From Tortispora ganteri (lineage: Eukaryota), in assembly GCA_003707115.1 (NCBI GenBank), contig PPNB01000010.1:124001-188000 (forward strand): a DNA stretch of 64,000 bases, in the 5' to 3' direction. This document shows, piece by piece, positions 53,943-64,000 of this stretch; within the stretch, counting starts at the first letter, position 1; every line of letters starts with the position of its first letter. The notes beneath the pieces are model-generated. The model was given only the letters and a program-made list of their open reading frames with translations. It was not told where the DNA came from and did not search any database. The position numbers were made by a program, and so were the translations under genes.

Positions 53943-55823
53943 TCACAAGTCTATAAGCAGAACTTCCTCTTCTTTGGGCTTTTGCGGAGACGACACATTT
54001 CCGTTCGGTAAAGTGTCAGCGGAGGCAGCCATAGCAGCCGGTACCGATGTCCCTTGCGGGTAATATCCCAACGGCTGTGTGATATATGATGCTTGTGCTG
54101 GAGACGAGGGGTTCATATAGTAGGAGTTTGGAGCATTCGTAAGAGTATAGGTACTAGGTGCTTGCACATGTAAACCAGAATTCATAGGAGGGGCGGAGGG
54201 GACTGTCTCGGGAGACGCAGAGGGTGCTAGAACAGGATAGGGATTCTCGACAGAGGTATTCACAGCATTTTCAATAAAATTATAAGAGTTCGCCTGCTCT
54301 TGGTTGATGGCAGACGGTGGTTGGTGGAGCGACGCGGTGATACCCCTATCAGTAGAATTGACTCTGGCATGATATGTAGCTTCTGAAAGCCCTGGTGACA
54401 AATAAGAATATTGATTACCTGTTCCAATTTTGGCTGTCGGCAAATCGTAATTTGGAGCATGAAAAGATGGCTGACTGCCAGTAGTCGTAGGATATTGCTG
54501 ACTGTATGCTTGTTGAAATCTTCTTTCTAGCATTGCATCATAATAGCGAACAACAGTTGAGAGTTTGGCATGATTTTCAACTAATGTATCATATTTTCCA
54601 ATGGTTTCCGCTAGAGAACGAGCAAGCTTAGGGCGTAAATTGGATAAAGACTCATAAAGGTCCTGTATCTCCTTGTTGCGAAGAATAGCACCAGGTGGAG
54701 ATTGCTCAAGCCTGTCAACTATTGCAGCAAATAGATTTATGTTTTCGATTTCAGTTTGTGTAAGATCATGGGAATAGGTAGCAGGGGCTTTAGAGGCATT
54801 ATGCGGGGTATTGGATAGTTCGACTGCAGGAGAATCGACGGAGGTCGCCAAATTTTCAGTGGGTGCGGTAACATTTGGCGGCTTTTTATCATTTATTTCT
54901 TTAAGGGAGGCTTCAATGGCAGCTTTGAGATCTGGGTCATCTTCTTCTTCTTCTTTGGAAGCATGTGCTTGCAGCTCTGGTTGTGGAGCGGGTTGTGACT
55001 GCTGTCGTTGAGTAGGAAGGCGGGAATCTGCCAGAGACAGCTCTATAGCTCTGAGAAGGTCTTGGTCCTCTTCAACTATATCAGAAGAATTATTAGTTGT
55101 AGTTGAGCCTTTGCGAGAAGACTTCGACTTCTTGTACTTATTATAGCAGTTATCGCAGACACGCACCGGAACGTTGAAACCGTAGTGAGGTAGAGGGATT
55201 GAATGAGACGAGCATTTCTGGTCAAAGGCGTTACCACAGTTTCTGCAGTGATGTTTCCTGTTTGTGAGAGTAAAAGCAGTGGAGCAGTTCATGCAAGTGG
55301 AAGAATCGACCCAGGTCGGAGCCACGGAAGTGTCAATAAAGGTCGACAAAACAGAGGCTGACTGCGGAAATTTATAACCAGAACTCTCTATCTGTTCATG
55401 CAAAGTCTCTATATTCTTGAGCTGGTACTGACCCTTGAATGCAATAGACCATGAATGTATTAATTCTAAAAACAAGTCGCGGACGTCAGCGTTGGACTTC
55501 GACTCAGAAGGTGATGAGCCTAGTATGTTCCGCTGCAGTTCGTTAATGAAGTCTGGAGATACAACTTCAATGATGAAATTAAATCCGCCGTTCTTAACGC
55601 ATACATCTGTCAATCTCAAGGCATGTAGTTGTACATTTGGGTTATTGTGTAGAGCTCTCTGTTTAATAGCTTTAGCGGCGTCTTTCGGCGAGACAGTACC
55701 AGAACGGATCAGGTCACAAATTTCCAAGCTGAGCGCAATATCCTCTTCGCCCGTAGGTAACGTTTCAGCAGTGGCCTTTTCAACGTATTCGCTAAACTTA
55801 CTGTTGGATGAAAACCAGGACAT
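53943..55823 (-). CDS. VPS27: ESCRT-0 subunit Vps27 (VHS-FYVE-UIM-GAT)
   Basis: VHS (LEICDLIRS, CVKNGG), FYVE (WVDS..C..C...RKHHCRNCG...RVC), two UIMs, PSAP, C-terminal LIDL; ATG at 55823. Confidence 0.96.
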   Translation of the reverse strand: MSWFSSNSKFSEYVEKATAETLPTGEEDIALSLEICDLIRSGTVSPKDAAKAIKQRALHNNPNVQLHALRLTDVCVKNGGFNFIIEVVSPDFINELQRNILGSSPSESKSNADVRDLFLELIHSWSIAFKGQYQLKNIETLHEQIESSGYKFPQSASVLSTFIDTSVAPTWVDSSTCMNCSTAFTLTNRKHHCRNCGNAFDQKCSSHSIPLPHYGFNVPVRVCDNCYNKYKKSKSSRKGSTTTNNSSDIVEEDQDLLRAIELSLADSRLPTQRQQSQPAPQPELQAHASKEEEEDDPDLKAAIEASLKEINDKKPPNVTAPTENLATSVDSPAVELSNTPHNASKAPATYSHDLTQTEIENINLFAAIVDRLEQSPPGAILRNKEIQDLYESLSNLRPKLARSLAETIGKYDTLVENHAKLSTVVRYYDAMLERRFQQAYSQQYPTTTGSQPSFHAPNYDLPTAKIGTGNQYSYLSPGLSEATYHARVNSTDRGITASLHQPPSAINQEQANSYNFIENAVNTSVENPYPVLAPSASPETVPSAPPMNSGLHVQAPSTYTLTNAPNSYYMNPSSPAQASYITQPLGYYPQGTSVPAAMAASADTLPNGNVSSPQKPKEEEVLLIDL

Positions 55824-56305
55824 TTTTGGTAAAATAGAAAAGATTGCGTAAGCCGCAGCTATCTTCTTGCCGTTAAAGAGACTATTACGTTGTGTGGGGC
55901 AGACACTTACGAGATTATGGGAAATATGTATCCATGACAACATAAACATTCTGTTACCTATATGATAATGAACGGTTTATCAGTTATCGACAAAGACAAA
56001 AGAGATAAGGGATCATTCTCAAACAGTATTAGACGAGTATTTATATATGTTTTATGTTATTCAGTCTATAATTTTGTTTCCAATCTTGTTCCGATGCTGC
56101 TAAAAAGAAAATGGAGTGCTAGAATCGGATAATCCATATCACTATTATATACCCAATAAAGTGTATCTCGGCAACTCTCCACCCCTTCCACCCCTCTTCA
56201 CTGTCTCTCTCATATTCTCCATTTGCACCTCAAAACCTCCATACTCTCAAGTGAAAAGTTCATGGCTTGTGTCATGGTGAATATAGACATAGTAAATTTT
56301 TAGTT

Positions 56306-58873
56306 ATGGACACTAGCTCTCTTGCAAAGCTAGCCAGGGAGAGCCTTGACCCTAAACAGTCTGTCTCTTACTTGGTCAAGTCAGCTGCAGAATGCTATAA
56401 CGAGTATCGAAAACTGGCCGCAAAAACTAGTCCCACAGATTATCAGTATGAGATATACGCACAAGCTTTTATGAGGTACATACAGGCCTATACAATTGTT
56501 GCGGAACTAGTCACTGCAACCCCTGAGTACCTTCGAAACAAGATGGATCCTGATCTTCTCCAGTTATACCACGCTACACGAACGAAAATACACATGGACT
56601 ACGAAGTAGAGCGCATAAAAACTAAGATAAATATGCATTGTCAAAATCCTTCCTCGAATAACAATTCTGTTGAACCTCAGCAGCTACGAAAGTCTCAGCC
56701 TTCAAAGCCTCCACAGCCTCAACAACGCCCTCCGATACCTTCGGGGTATCCGCCCATTCCTAAAGATTATCCCCCGGTTCCTTCATCCCAGTCATCAACT
56801 GCTAAATCGGCATCTGATCCATTAAAGGAACGTTACAAAGAGCTGAAATCCTCCAAAGTTGTCTTTCCTACCGCTTCATTTGTAAATGCCGAAACTCTGA
56901 AGTCTTACCTCCTCAGGTGCCCCACCGATATCTTGCTATTGGATATTAGACCTAGAGAAGAATTTGAATATCGACACATAAAAGCTCCTAATGTTGTGTG
57001 CATAGAACCTTTTATTGTTGCAAGCGATGCAACTGACTCGCAACTTGAAGATTCTCTTCTGCTATCTCCAGAAAATGAGCAAGCTCTTTTTTCGAACAGA
57101 AACACCTTCGAGCTTGTAGTGTTATACGATGAAAACTCATCTTCTTATACTCAGTCTGAACCGGTAGAAAACATCAGACGGGCGATATTTCAGAATTGCT
57201 TTTCAAAGTATCTCAAGAGAATGCCGTGCCTCTTGGTGGGTGGCATCCAGGCTTGGATAGAGTATGCCCCAACAGAGCTTGAAAGTATTGCTCCTTCTCC
57301 TCCATCTCAACTGAAGAGATCTGAACCAATGGCAAATCTTGCGCATTCTTCCACTCATTTGTCTGTCAATAATGCTACTGTCGCATCAGGATCTGCGCGT
57401 ATCCCAACTATAAACCTAGATGTGCCATCTTCTAGTGCACCAAATTCACGGCCCTCCTCACCCTCTCGCTTTACTCGCATTGGGGAGTGGGTCTCTTCAC
57501 GAAGGTCCAGGTCTCCTTCGCCGTCTGGATTTGGTACTAGCTCCGGTAATAGTTCTTCTACGGAGAAGAACAAAATTAGTCACCATGTGAAACAATTGTT
57601 TGCTCGTGATGTTAACGATTACTTCAAACAGATCCCATTGACACCGCCGCCGAATAACTTGCGGGATACCCCTAAAAGAGCATCTTCTCTGCGCATCAGG
57701 CATCGACATAACGCTGATAACTCCTCGGGACCGGTTTCGTCGCAGGTTACTAGTCGACCGTTGGCACTAGTAGGGCTCCAAAACCTGGGTAACACTTGTT
57801 ATATGAACAGTATGGTCCAGTGTTTGGTAGGGTGTACACCCTTGGCAGAGGCGTTTTTGAAAGACTCATACAAAGAGTACATCAATCCTAACAACAAGAT
57901 GGGCACCAAAGGCGCTGTGGCTAGAGCTTTTGCTGATTTGACACGTGAGCTTTACGTGACGCGGAGTTCATACATCAACCCGAAATATTTCAAGAGCACT
58001 ATCGGACTTTTTGGATCTGACTTTTCTGGGTATGAACAGCAAGACGCACAAGAGTTTCTCATGTTTATTTTGGATGGGTTACATGAGGATCTGAACATTA
58101 ACGGAGACAAGCCTCGACTTTCTGAACTGACAGAAGAGCAAGAAAAGGTGCTTGAACATATGAGCGTCAGGTATGCTTCATTCCTGCAGTGGCAACGGTA
58201 TCTTCGTAGCGCACAGTCGATCATAGTTGATATATTCCAAGGGCAGTACCAAAGTCGACTGGAATGTCTTTATTGTCACGGCACGTCTACGACATACAAT
58301 GCTTTTGAGTGTCTGAGTGTTCCTGTTCCTGCGCGAAGCAGCCGAATGCGAGAAGTGAGTTTAGAGAGCTGTTTTGACCAGTTTGTTGCGAAAGAGATTT
58401 TGGACCGAGATGACGGATGGAATTGTCCGAGATGTAAAACTAAGCGAACTGCGTCGAAGAAGCTGACTATATCCAGACTACCTAACGTGCTAATTGTGCA
58501 CCTGAAGAGGTTTCAGACGAGTTATTCGGGATCTAAGAGCCAAAAGATAGATACTATGGTGAAGTATCCGGTTGACAACTTAGACTTAACACATTACTGG
58601 CCGGACTACGAAGAAGAAGACATGAAGTGGGCAGATGAGGCCAAGAAAGGCGATCAAGTTAACCCTTTTGTGTACAGTCTATTTGCGGTGGTGAATCATT
58701 ACGGAACGCTAAAAGGTGGGCACTATACTGCGTTAGTTCAGCGACCGGGCCATGGATGGTTTTCGTTTGACGATACACGAGTTAATGCTATTAATACCGG
58801 AATTGTGAACCAGAATGCATACGTGTTGTTTTATGTGAGACAACGCCACAAGTTTAATGCTGGTTCATTATAA
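56306..58873 (+). CDS. DOA4: Deubiquitinase Doa4/Ubp5-like (rhodanese plus USP domain)
   Basis: LLLDIRPR rhodanese domain; GLQNLGNTCYMN, QQDAQEF and HYGTLKGGHY USP boxes; ATG at 56306. Confidence 0.9.
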   Translation: MDTSSLAKLARESLDPKQSVSYLVKSAAECYNEYRKLAAKTSPTDYQYEIYAQAFMRYIQAYTIVAELVTATPEYLRNKMDPDLLQLYHATRTKIHMDYEVERIKTKINMHCQNPSSNNNSVEPQQLRKSQPSKPPQPQQRPPIPSGYPPIPKDYPPVPSSQSSTAKSASDPLKERYKELKSSKVVFPTASFVNAETLKSYLLRCPTDILLLDIRPREEFEYRHIKAPNVVCIEPFIVASDATDSQLEDSLLLSPENEQALFSNRNTFELVVLYDENSSSYTQSEPVENIRRAIFQNCFSKYLKRMPCLLVGGIQAWIEYAPTELESIAPSPPSQLKRSEPMANLAHSSTHLSVNNATVASGSARIPTINLDVPSSSAPNSRPSSPSRFTRIGEWVSSRRSRSPSPSGFGTSSGNSSSTEKNKISHHVKQLFARDVNDYFKQIPLTPPPNNLRDTPKRASSLRIRHRHNADNSSGPVSSQVTSRPLALVGLQNLGNTCYMNSMVQCLVGCTPLAEAFLKDSYKEYINPNNKMGTKGAVARAFADLTRELYVTRSSYINPKYFKSTIGLFGSDFSGYEQQDAQEFLMFILDGLHEDLNINGDKPRLSELTEEQEKVLEHMSVRYASFLQWQRYLRSAQSIIVDIFQGQYQSRLECLYCHGTSTTYNAFECLSVPVPARSSRMREVSLESCFDQFVAKEILDRDDGWNCPRCKTKRTASKKLTISRLPNVLIVHLKRFQTSYSGSKSQKIDTMVKYPVDNLDLTHYWPDYEEEDMKWADEAKKGDQVNPFVYSLFAVVNHYGTLKGGHYTALVQRPGHGWFSFDDTRVNAINTGIVNQNAYVLFYVRQRHKFNAGSL

Positions 58874-58956
58874 TGACATTTTTATTTGCAGTAAAACTCT
58901 GCCACTCCCCATACTTACTCCCACACATAACTTTTGACATCACATACAAGCACTTC

Positions 58957-61405
58957 ATGTCTAGGCACCGCCTTGTTCGTAATCTAGACGTTAACGGTAA
59001 GTCTGAGTGCTCAAATATACATAAATTTTACAATCTAACAATAAGAATTACTTGAAGAAGACGAATACTACTCCGACGAACAGCAAGAAGAAGATCAGTT
59101 ATCTGCAGAGGACAAGGCCGCATTCCAATCCGCAGTACAACACGTATCTGATACTATTGCAGGATCTGGAATATCGCTTAAAGAAATCGAAGACGCAGTA
59201 TATTATTATTATTTTGATACTGAAAAGGCAATAAACTATTTGCTTTCTCAAAAGGCAAAAGCAGAGAAAAAAACTGCGCCCAAACCAAAGTCAACTTCTA
59301 AAGCTAAAGGTAAATATTTTACAATCTTCTGCTCAGAACCGACATCATTACCATGTCTAGCAAACTAGCTGCTTTAAAAGCTGCTAGGGCAAAGAACTCT
59401 TCCGATTCGGCCCCTGAGTCCAGCTTAGGACATGCTTTGAAAATGTTAGATAGACTGGAAATACGCTCTCCTACTCCTCCCCTCTTATCATCCAAGTTTC
59501 AGAAATACTCAAAATCAGCAGACTCAACGCGCACAAATTCAGAAAGAGTATCACTGTCCAGTGTAGCTACTTCGCGCTCTAATAGCTCTACTGCTATTAA
59601 CGAAATTGCCGCCTCTGAAGATGATCAGCCGCCAATCTCTCAGCCTCTTTTCGCGCTACCGTACCCTCGACAACATAGCCCTTCATCGCCTTTTTTCAAA
59701 GCTTTATGCATGCGCGCTGATGATAAGAGGACAATGTGTTCGCAGAGCGGCCCTTTCCTTTCCTACTTTGGTCTTTCGCTGGATGAACAGGCCAATATTA
59801 ATGATGCATTTTCCAAACCCAGCCCTGATGACACTGTGCTGAGCAATCGACGAAATTTTTAATATCAGCTTTGTATTCCTTTTCGTTTCCCCTTTGCACT
59901 GTACTAACGTAATAGATTCTACTTCTGGTATCGTTGCAAAAACGAAATCTCTATCTGTCGCAGACCCTAAATCATCCGAGAAACCTCCTAACACCACAAA
60001 ACATGCCAAAGTCGAGGATAAAACTCCTGTTCAACCAAAACCAAAAAAATTGAAGTATGACATACCCAAATTAATGGAATCTTTTACGGGCAGGAAGCCT
60101 TCTCTCTCGTTCGTTGTAATTGGACATGTTGATGCTGGTAAAAGCACACTCATGGGCAGACTTCTGTACGACTCAGGAGAGGTTGCGGAACGTACTATGC
60201 GCAAGTTTCAGAAAGAGAGCAGTGAAATTGGTAAATCTTCATTCTCTCTTGCGTGGGTAATGGATCAATCGGCTGAAGAAAGAGAAAGAGGTGTAACTAT
60301 AGATGTTGCCCAGTCCTCTTTCGAAACCCACAATGCTCGATTTACTGTTCTTGATGCCCCTGGACATAAGGACTTTGTTCCTAATATGATTGCTGGTACA
60401 TCTCAAGCCGACCTGGCACTGTTGGTAATAGATTCTTCTACAGATGCGTTCGAATCGGGATTCAAATCGGGCGGGCAAACTAGAGAGCATGCGCTGCTGG
60501 CCCGAAGTTTAGGATGTCGCAGAATTATTGTTGTTGTGAACAAACTCGACACTGTTGGTTGGTCTGAAAATAGATACACTAGCATTGTTGAACAAGTTAC
60601 TTATTTTTTGTCGCACATTGGTTTCCCTAAGAATTCCATTCGTGCAGTACCGTGTAGTGGACTCACAGGTGAAAATGTGGCAAAAAGAAGCACATTGGAA
60701 GCATTGTCATGGTACGAAGGCAACTCTTTGTTAACTGAACTTGATTCAAGTGTTCTGGTTATAAACCGGGATTACAACAAGCCATTGGCTATGTGCATTA
60801 ATGATATTTTTCGTGGAGGGGTTTCATCGTCTGTTGTTGCTGTCGCTGGTCGTATCCAGCAAGGATCTGTCCAACCGGAAATGGAAGTGACGATTTGCCC
60901 TACTCAGGAAACTGCTACTGTTAAAAGTGTGATGCTAGATGATGGAGATGATAGAGAATGGGCGGTATCTGGAGATAATGTTACCATTGAACTGGCGAAT
61001 TTATATGACTCAGACATAAAGGTGGGGGATGTTCTATGTTCTGCTAAACATCCGCTCAAAAGTGTTAACTCTTTTAAAGCACGGATTGTGACCTTTGAAA
61101 ACATGGCCTGGCCCCTTCTAGCAGGTGTGTCATTTGAATTAATTCGAGGACGCACGAATAGGAGTGCCAGAGTGATCAAGATTCACAGCATTTTGGATAA
61201 AGCTACCGGACAGGTTATTAAGAAAAAACCAAGGCATGTTGGATCGGGAATGGCAGCTATGGTGGAAATTATTGTGGATGGTCATGCTATGCCTATGACT
61301 ACATTCAAGGACAATAAGCAGCTTGGACGGATGATTTTAAGGAAAGAAGGAATGTCTATTGCTGCAGCTGTTGTTGACGAGTTAATTGAGAAAGACTATG
61401 AGTAA
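58957..61405 (+). CDS. HBS1: Hbs1 translational GTPase, three exons (58957-58996, 59046-59309, 59916-61405; 597 aa)
   Basis: Exon 1 MSRHRLVRNLDVN; intron 1 GTAAGT..TCTAAC..AAG (49 nt); exon 2 is the HBS1_N domain (EIEDAVYYYYFDTEKAINYLL); intron 2 GTAAAT 59310..TACTAAC 59902..TAG 59915, phase-matched; exon 3 GHVDAGKST, DAPGH, NKLD. Confidence 0.92.
59353..59862 (+). CDS. SKI7: Ski7-like SKI/exosome-binding cassette nested in HBS1 intron 2 (alternative terminal exon or nested ORF)
   Basis: 169-codon ORF wholly inside the intron: SKLAALKAAR near the start, PSSPFF internally, AFSKPSPDDTV at the end, then TAA. Confidence 0.75.
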   Translation: MSSKLAALKAARAKNSSDSAPESSLGHALKMLDRLEIRSPTPPLLSSKFQKYSKSADSTRTNSERVSLSSVATSRSNSSTAINEIAASEDDQPPISQPLFALPYPRQHSPSSPFFKALCMRADDKRTMCSQSGPFLSYFGLSLDEQANINDAFSKPSPDDTVLSNRRNF

Positions 61406-61463
61406 TTCCCGTTAATGTATAATATAACCTTTTCCTTTTCTTTTTCTTTTCAGCTTTCTTTTA

Positions 61464-62813
61464 CTAGCCGAAGATGCGTAAATCGTCATTGAATTCTTCT
61501 TCTGGAACACTTTCTGCAACATCAGATGCGCTTTGGACCTTTTCGTTTATGAGGTCACGGCGCTGACCGAGAATTCCAGCCAAAAAATCTGTAATACGCT
61601 CATTCGACCATTCTTTGGGGTTTTTCCGCGGGGCATCGAAGTTGGCCAGTGCATCTTGAGTTTTATGGTCGAGCACTCTTCCCTTAGAGTGCTTAACTTT
61701 CTGGCGATCTTTTGGCTTGTTCTGTTTTTCGTTTACCCACTGCACAGATGTAGGCACTGATTCTGATGACTTGCTATCGACGAAAGCCCTCAGAAGAGAC
61801 TTATAGAAATCCGTATCATCGAAGACCATTTGCGGGTCCTTGCCGTCTATTTTGAGACCTGATCTATTAATGCGAGCCCGCTTTATCAGTCTATCCATGT
61901 CTGAGAGGACATTGGCAACCTGAGCAGAAGCAGGCTGATTAATGGCTTTAAATTTTGAGCCGGAGAGCGTAGATGCGCCGGAGAAGTCTTGTATACGTTT
62001 TGACCACCTATTGAGAACTTCAGTTGTAATTAGTGAAAGAGATGAGTCAATGACTTTTGAATCTATTAATGCGTCATCTATAGAGTTATAATTCCGTTTT
62101 GAAGAAAGAGGCTGTATTTCAGAATCAATGTTGCGTAAAAAAGAGTGCCTGATTTCGGCAATGTGACATGCTAGAGAGAGGAGCTTTTGCTTTGATTCAG
62201 CTATATCGTCTTTCGATATCGAGTCCCCTATCGGCACCATATTTGATATAGTCAAAGCCTTCTGTATGTGGATTCGAGCATCTAATATTTTTTCGAAAGA
62301 AGACATTTGTGATTTCACGGCCCTGCCTTTCTCTGCGGCAGCTTTCGCAGAGTCTGACATTTTGTTAGTAACCGATTTTCTTTGCGCTTCAAGAAGTTCT
62401 TTAATTTGAGATCGTTCAGCGATGATATCTGCTTCGTTATGAGATGATTGTAATTGTGATTCTGACTCTGATTCAGAATTCGAGTTATTTGATTCAGATA
62501 TCGATTGATCGATTTCGCTGTCTGTGTTTTCAACTTCACTTTCTGAACTTCTATCGCTGATTTCACCCCATCCGCTCGTAATTTTTGTCTCATATGAATC
62601 GAATAGCTCTGCTCTTGAAGATTTATGGCCTGAATATTTCGGATCATCGATTTCGGTATCGCGCAACTTGCTTATGCCTACAGGCTCATAAGGGTCAACT
62701 TCACCGTCTGATAGTGAATCAGAATCAAATCCATCAAATCCCATATCTTCGTTCTCAATATCCACATCTTTGGCAGTATTCGATTTCTCAATAAACTGTT
62801 TTATAGAAACCAT
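61464..62813 (-). CDS. BFR2: SSU processome protein Bfr2 (AATF family)
   Basis: KYSGHKSSR, AEKGRAVKSQ...ARIHIQKAL, VFDDTDFYKSLL and SKGR motifs; ends LRIFG. Confidence 0.92.
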   Translation of the reverse strand: MVSIKQFIEKSNTAKDVDIENEDMGFDGFDSDSLSDGEVDPYEPVGISKLRDTEIDDPKYSGHKSSRAELFDSYETKITSGWGEISDRSSESEVENTDSEIDQSISESNNSNSESESESQLQSSHNEADIIAERSQIKELLEAQRKSVTNKMSDSAKAAAEKGRAVKSQMSSFEKILDARIHIQKALTISNMVPIGDSISKDDIAESKQKLLSLACHIAEIRHSFLRNIDSEIQPLSSKRNYNSIDDALIDSKVIDSSLSLITTEVLNRWSKRIQDFSGASTLSGSKFKAINQPASAQVANVLSDMDRLIKRARINRSGLKIDGKDPQMVFDDTDFYKSLLRAFVDSKSSESVPTSVQWVNEKQNKPKDRQKVKHSKGRVLDHKTQDALANFDAPRKNPKEWSNERITDFLAGILGQRRDLINEKVQSASDVAESVPEEEFNDDLRIFG

Positions 62814-63156
62814 TGGGTGCTTCGTTTCTGCGTAAAAATTATACGTCTAGTTTTTTTCTTTTTTTTTTTTTGGTTTTCTCGTACTCGTTCTCTGATTTAA
62901 ACTTTCTGCCTAACACAAAAATAAGAGCGTATAAGAGGTAGAGAGTGCCCATTATCACATGCATTTCACAGTTAGGAAGCACACTGTTTCCCCCTCTTCT
63001 TGGGTGACTCCCACCTCGCTTTTTTCTCCACTTAAACCTTAAAAAACCCTCTGCTCTAATACAAGTCTAGACCTCTGAACTGTGTAACCTGCAATTGAAT
63101 TGACTCTTTTTCCGTTTCTCCTCATACCCTTTTTCGTTCGCTATTTTATTTGAACA

Positions 63157-64000
63157 ATGCCTAAATCCAGAGATAGCAGCAGCAAAAACACACATGACTT
63201 TGTTTTGCGCGTCTCTTTAGATTCGGACGATCGTCTAGGCTTAATAAGTATCTGGAGAATGCTCCACCATGCTCCGAGCGCTCTTCATGACCGTTCTCGC
63301 CTGCAAAACTTATCATGGAGGACCTGGTCTCTCTCTCCAGACCATATTCCTAGTTTATCCGAAATTGAGACTTCTGCATGGATTCCTCCAAGGCGAAGGT
63401 CTAGGAAAAGGGTGTCAATCGATGCCGCTTCAGCCAACCAGAAATTCCACAACTCTCAGCAGCATGGTCCCTATACACCTACCTCTTCAAAATTAAAATC
63501 ACCAGCTTTCAGCAATTTAAAAACAACTAATTCTAACTCTTCCAACTCAACTACCTCAGTCATTCGTGGGTTCTCTTCTTCTTCTGTGTCTATTCATGCT
63601 AGAGCTCCAGATCAAACCCTCAATTCTTCCTCTGCCATAAAACAGCCCGATCCGCCGCAAATCAACAGCAGCAGCCAGCAACAACTGCCCCATAACGACG
63701 CTTCTCAAGTATCTTCAGACTTAAAATCAAAATTTTCTCGCACTTCCAAACAGTATCCCGGACGAAACGATCCTTCTCACAAAATGTTCTTCATAGATTC
63801 TAGCCCGTCGGAATCTAGTCAGATAGGTTCAATGTCCCCAGGTACTATTCGTCCAACACATACTCCGGCGCCTTCAAAATCATTGCATATTGTTTCAACA
63901 GGAATTCGCTCCTCTTCCAGAGCCAGTCCTCCCACAAATGCTACTGATGATTCCGACTGGGACTCAGTCGATGACGACTCCGACACTGCACTGCAGTTCA
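63157..64000 (+). CDS. 5' part of an Mks1-like protein (DUF1752/DUF3295 type), runs off the window end
   Basis: ATG 63157; frame reads MPKSRDSS...RSRLQNLSWRTW...TSVIRGFS...KMFFIDSS...DDSDWDSVDDD. Not in the ORF track. Confidence 0.7.
   Translation, partial: MPKSRDSSSKNTHDFVLRVSLDSDDRLGLISIWRMLHHAPSALHDRSRLQNLSWRTWSLSPDHIPSLSEIETSAWIPPRRRSRKRVSIDAASANQKFHNSQQHGPYTPTSSKLKSPAFSNLKTTNSNSSNSTTSVIRGFSSSSVSIHARAPDQTLNSSSAIKQPDPPQINSSSQQQLPHNDASQVSSDLKSKFSRTSKQYPGRNDPSHKMFFIDSSPSESSQIGSMSPGTIRPTHTPAPSKSLHIVSTGIRSSSRASPPTNATDDSDWDSVDDDSDTALQF

Noticed and set aside
59894..59915. Track start MHCTNVI for the Hbs1 GTPase ORF
   Set aside because: This is intron sequence containing the TACTAAC branch point and TAG acceptor; the start codon is a TTG.

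Overview
Gene-dense 64 kb of a eukaryotic nuclear genome, most consistent with an early-branching budding yeast (inference). Support: CUG sits at conserved Leu positions, introns are few and short (about 46-53 nt), and the window carries the complex-I factor IND1 and the queuine tRNA-ribosyltransferase subunit QTRT2. There are about 36 protein genes, mostly recognisable housekeeping genes (CHO2, MTR3, GPC1, CMC1, TAF9, HIS4, SNF8, MCM5, VPS54, an ELO elongase, MED10, YNK1, ATP25, LEU5, a Con7-like TF, DBP2, CUB1, CCT5, CYB5, AGE2, DOS2, HIS2, KAR2, LUC7, IND1, VPS27, DOA4, HBS1, BFR2), plus one tRNA-Gly(GCC). No transposon, CRISPR array or rRNA was seen. Features the ORF track misses or fragments: (1) HBS1 has a 606-nt second intron containing a stop-terminated Ski7-type cassette (SKLAAL...FSKPSPDD), so one locus probably makes both Hbs1 and a GTPase-less Ski7; (2) a spliced 97-aa SelK/SelG-like Cys homolog; (3) a Grg1-like small ORF or pseudogene; (4) DBP2 lacks its normally conserved large intron but has branch/acceptor signals and a GAA-rich tract just past its stop. 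Two genes look accessory: a multi-pass membrane protein fused to a bacterial-type FemAB-like/Acetyltransf_6 GNAT domain, and a secreted subtilisin with an unexplained C-terminal extension. All family assignments come from motif recognition by eye; no searches were run.
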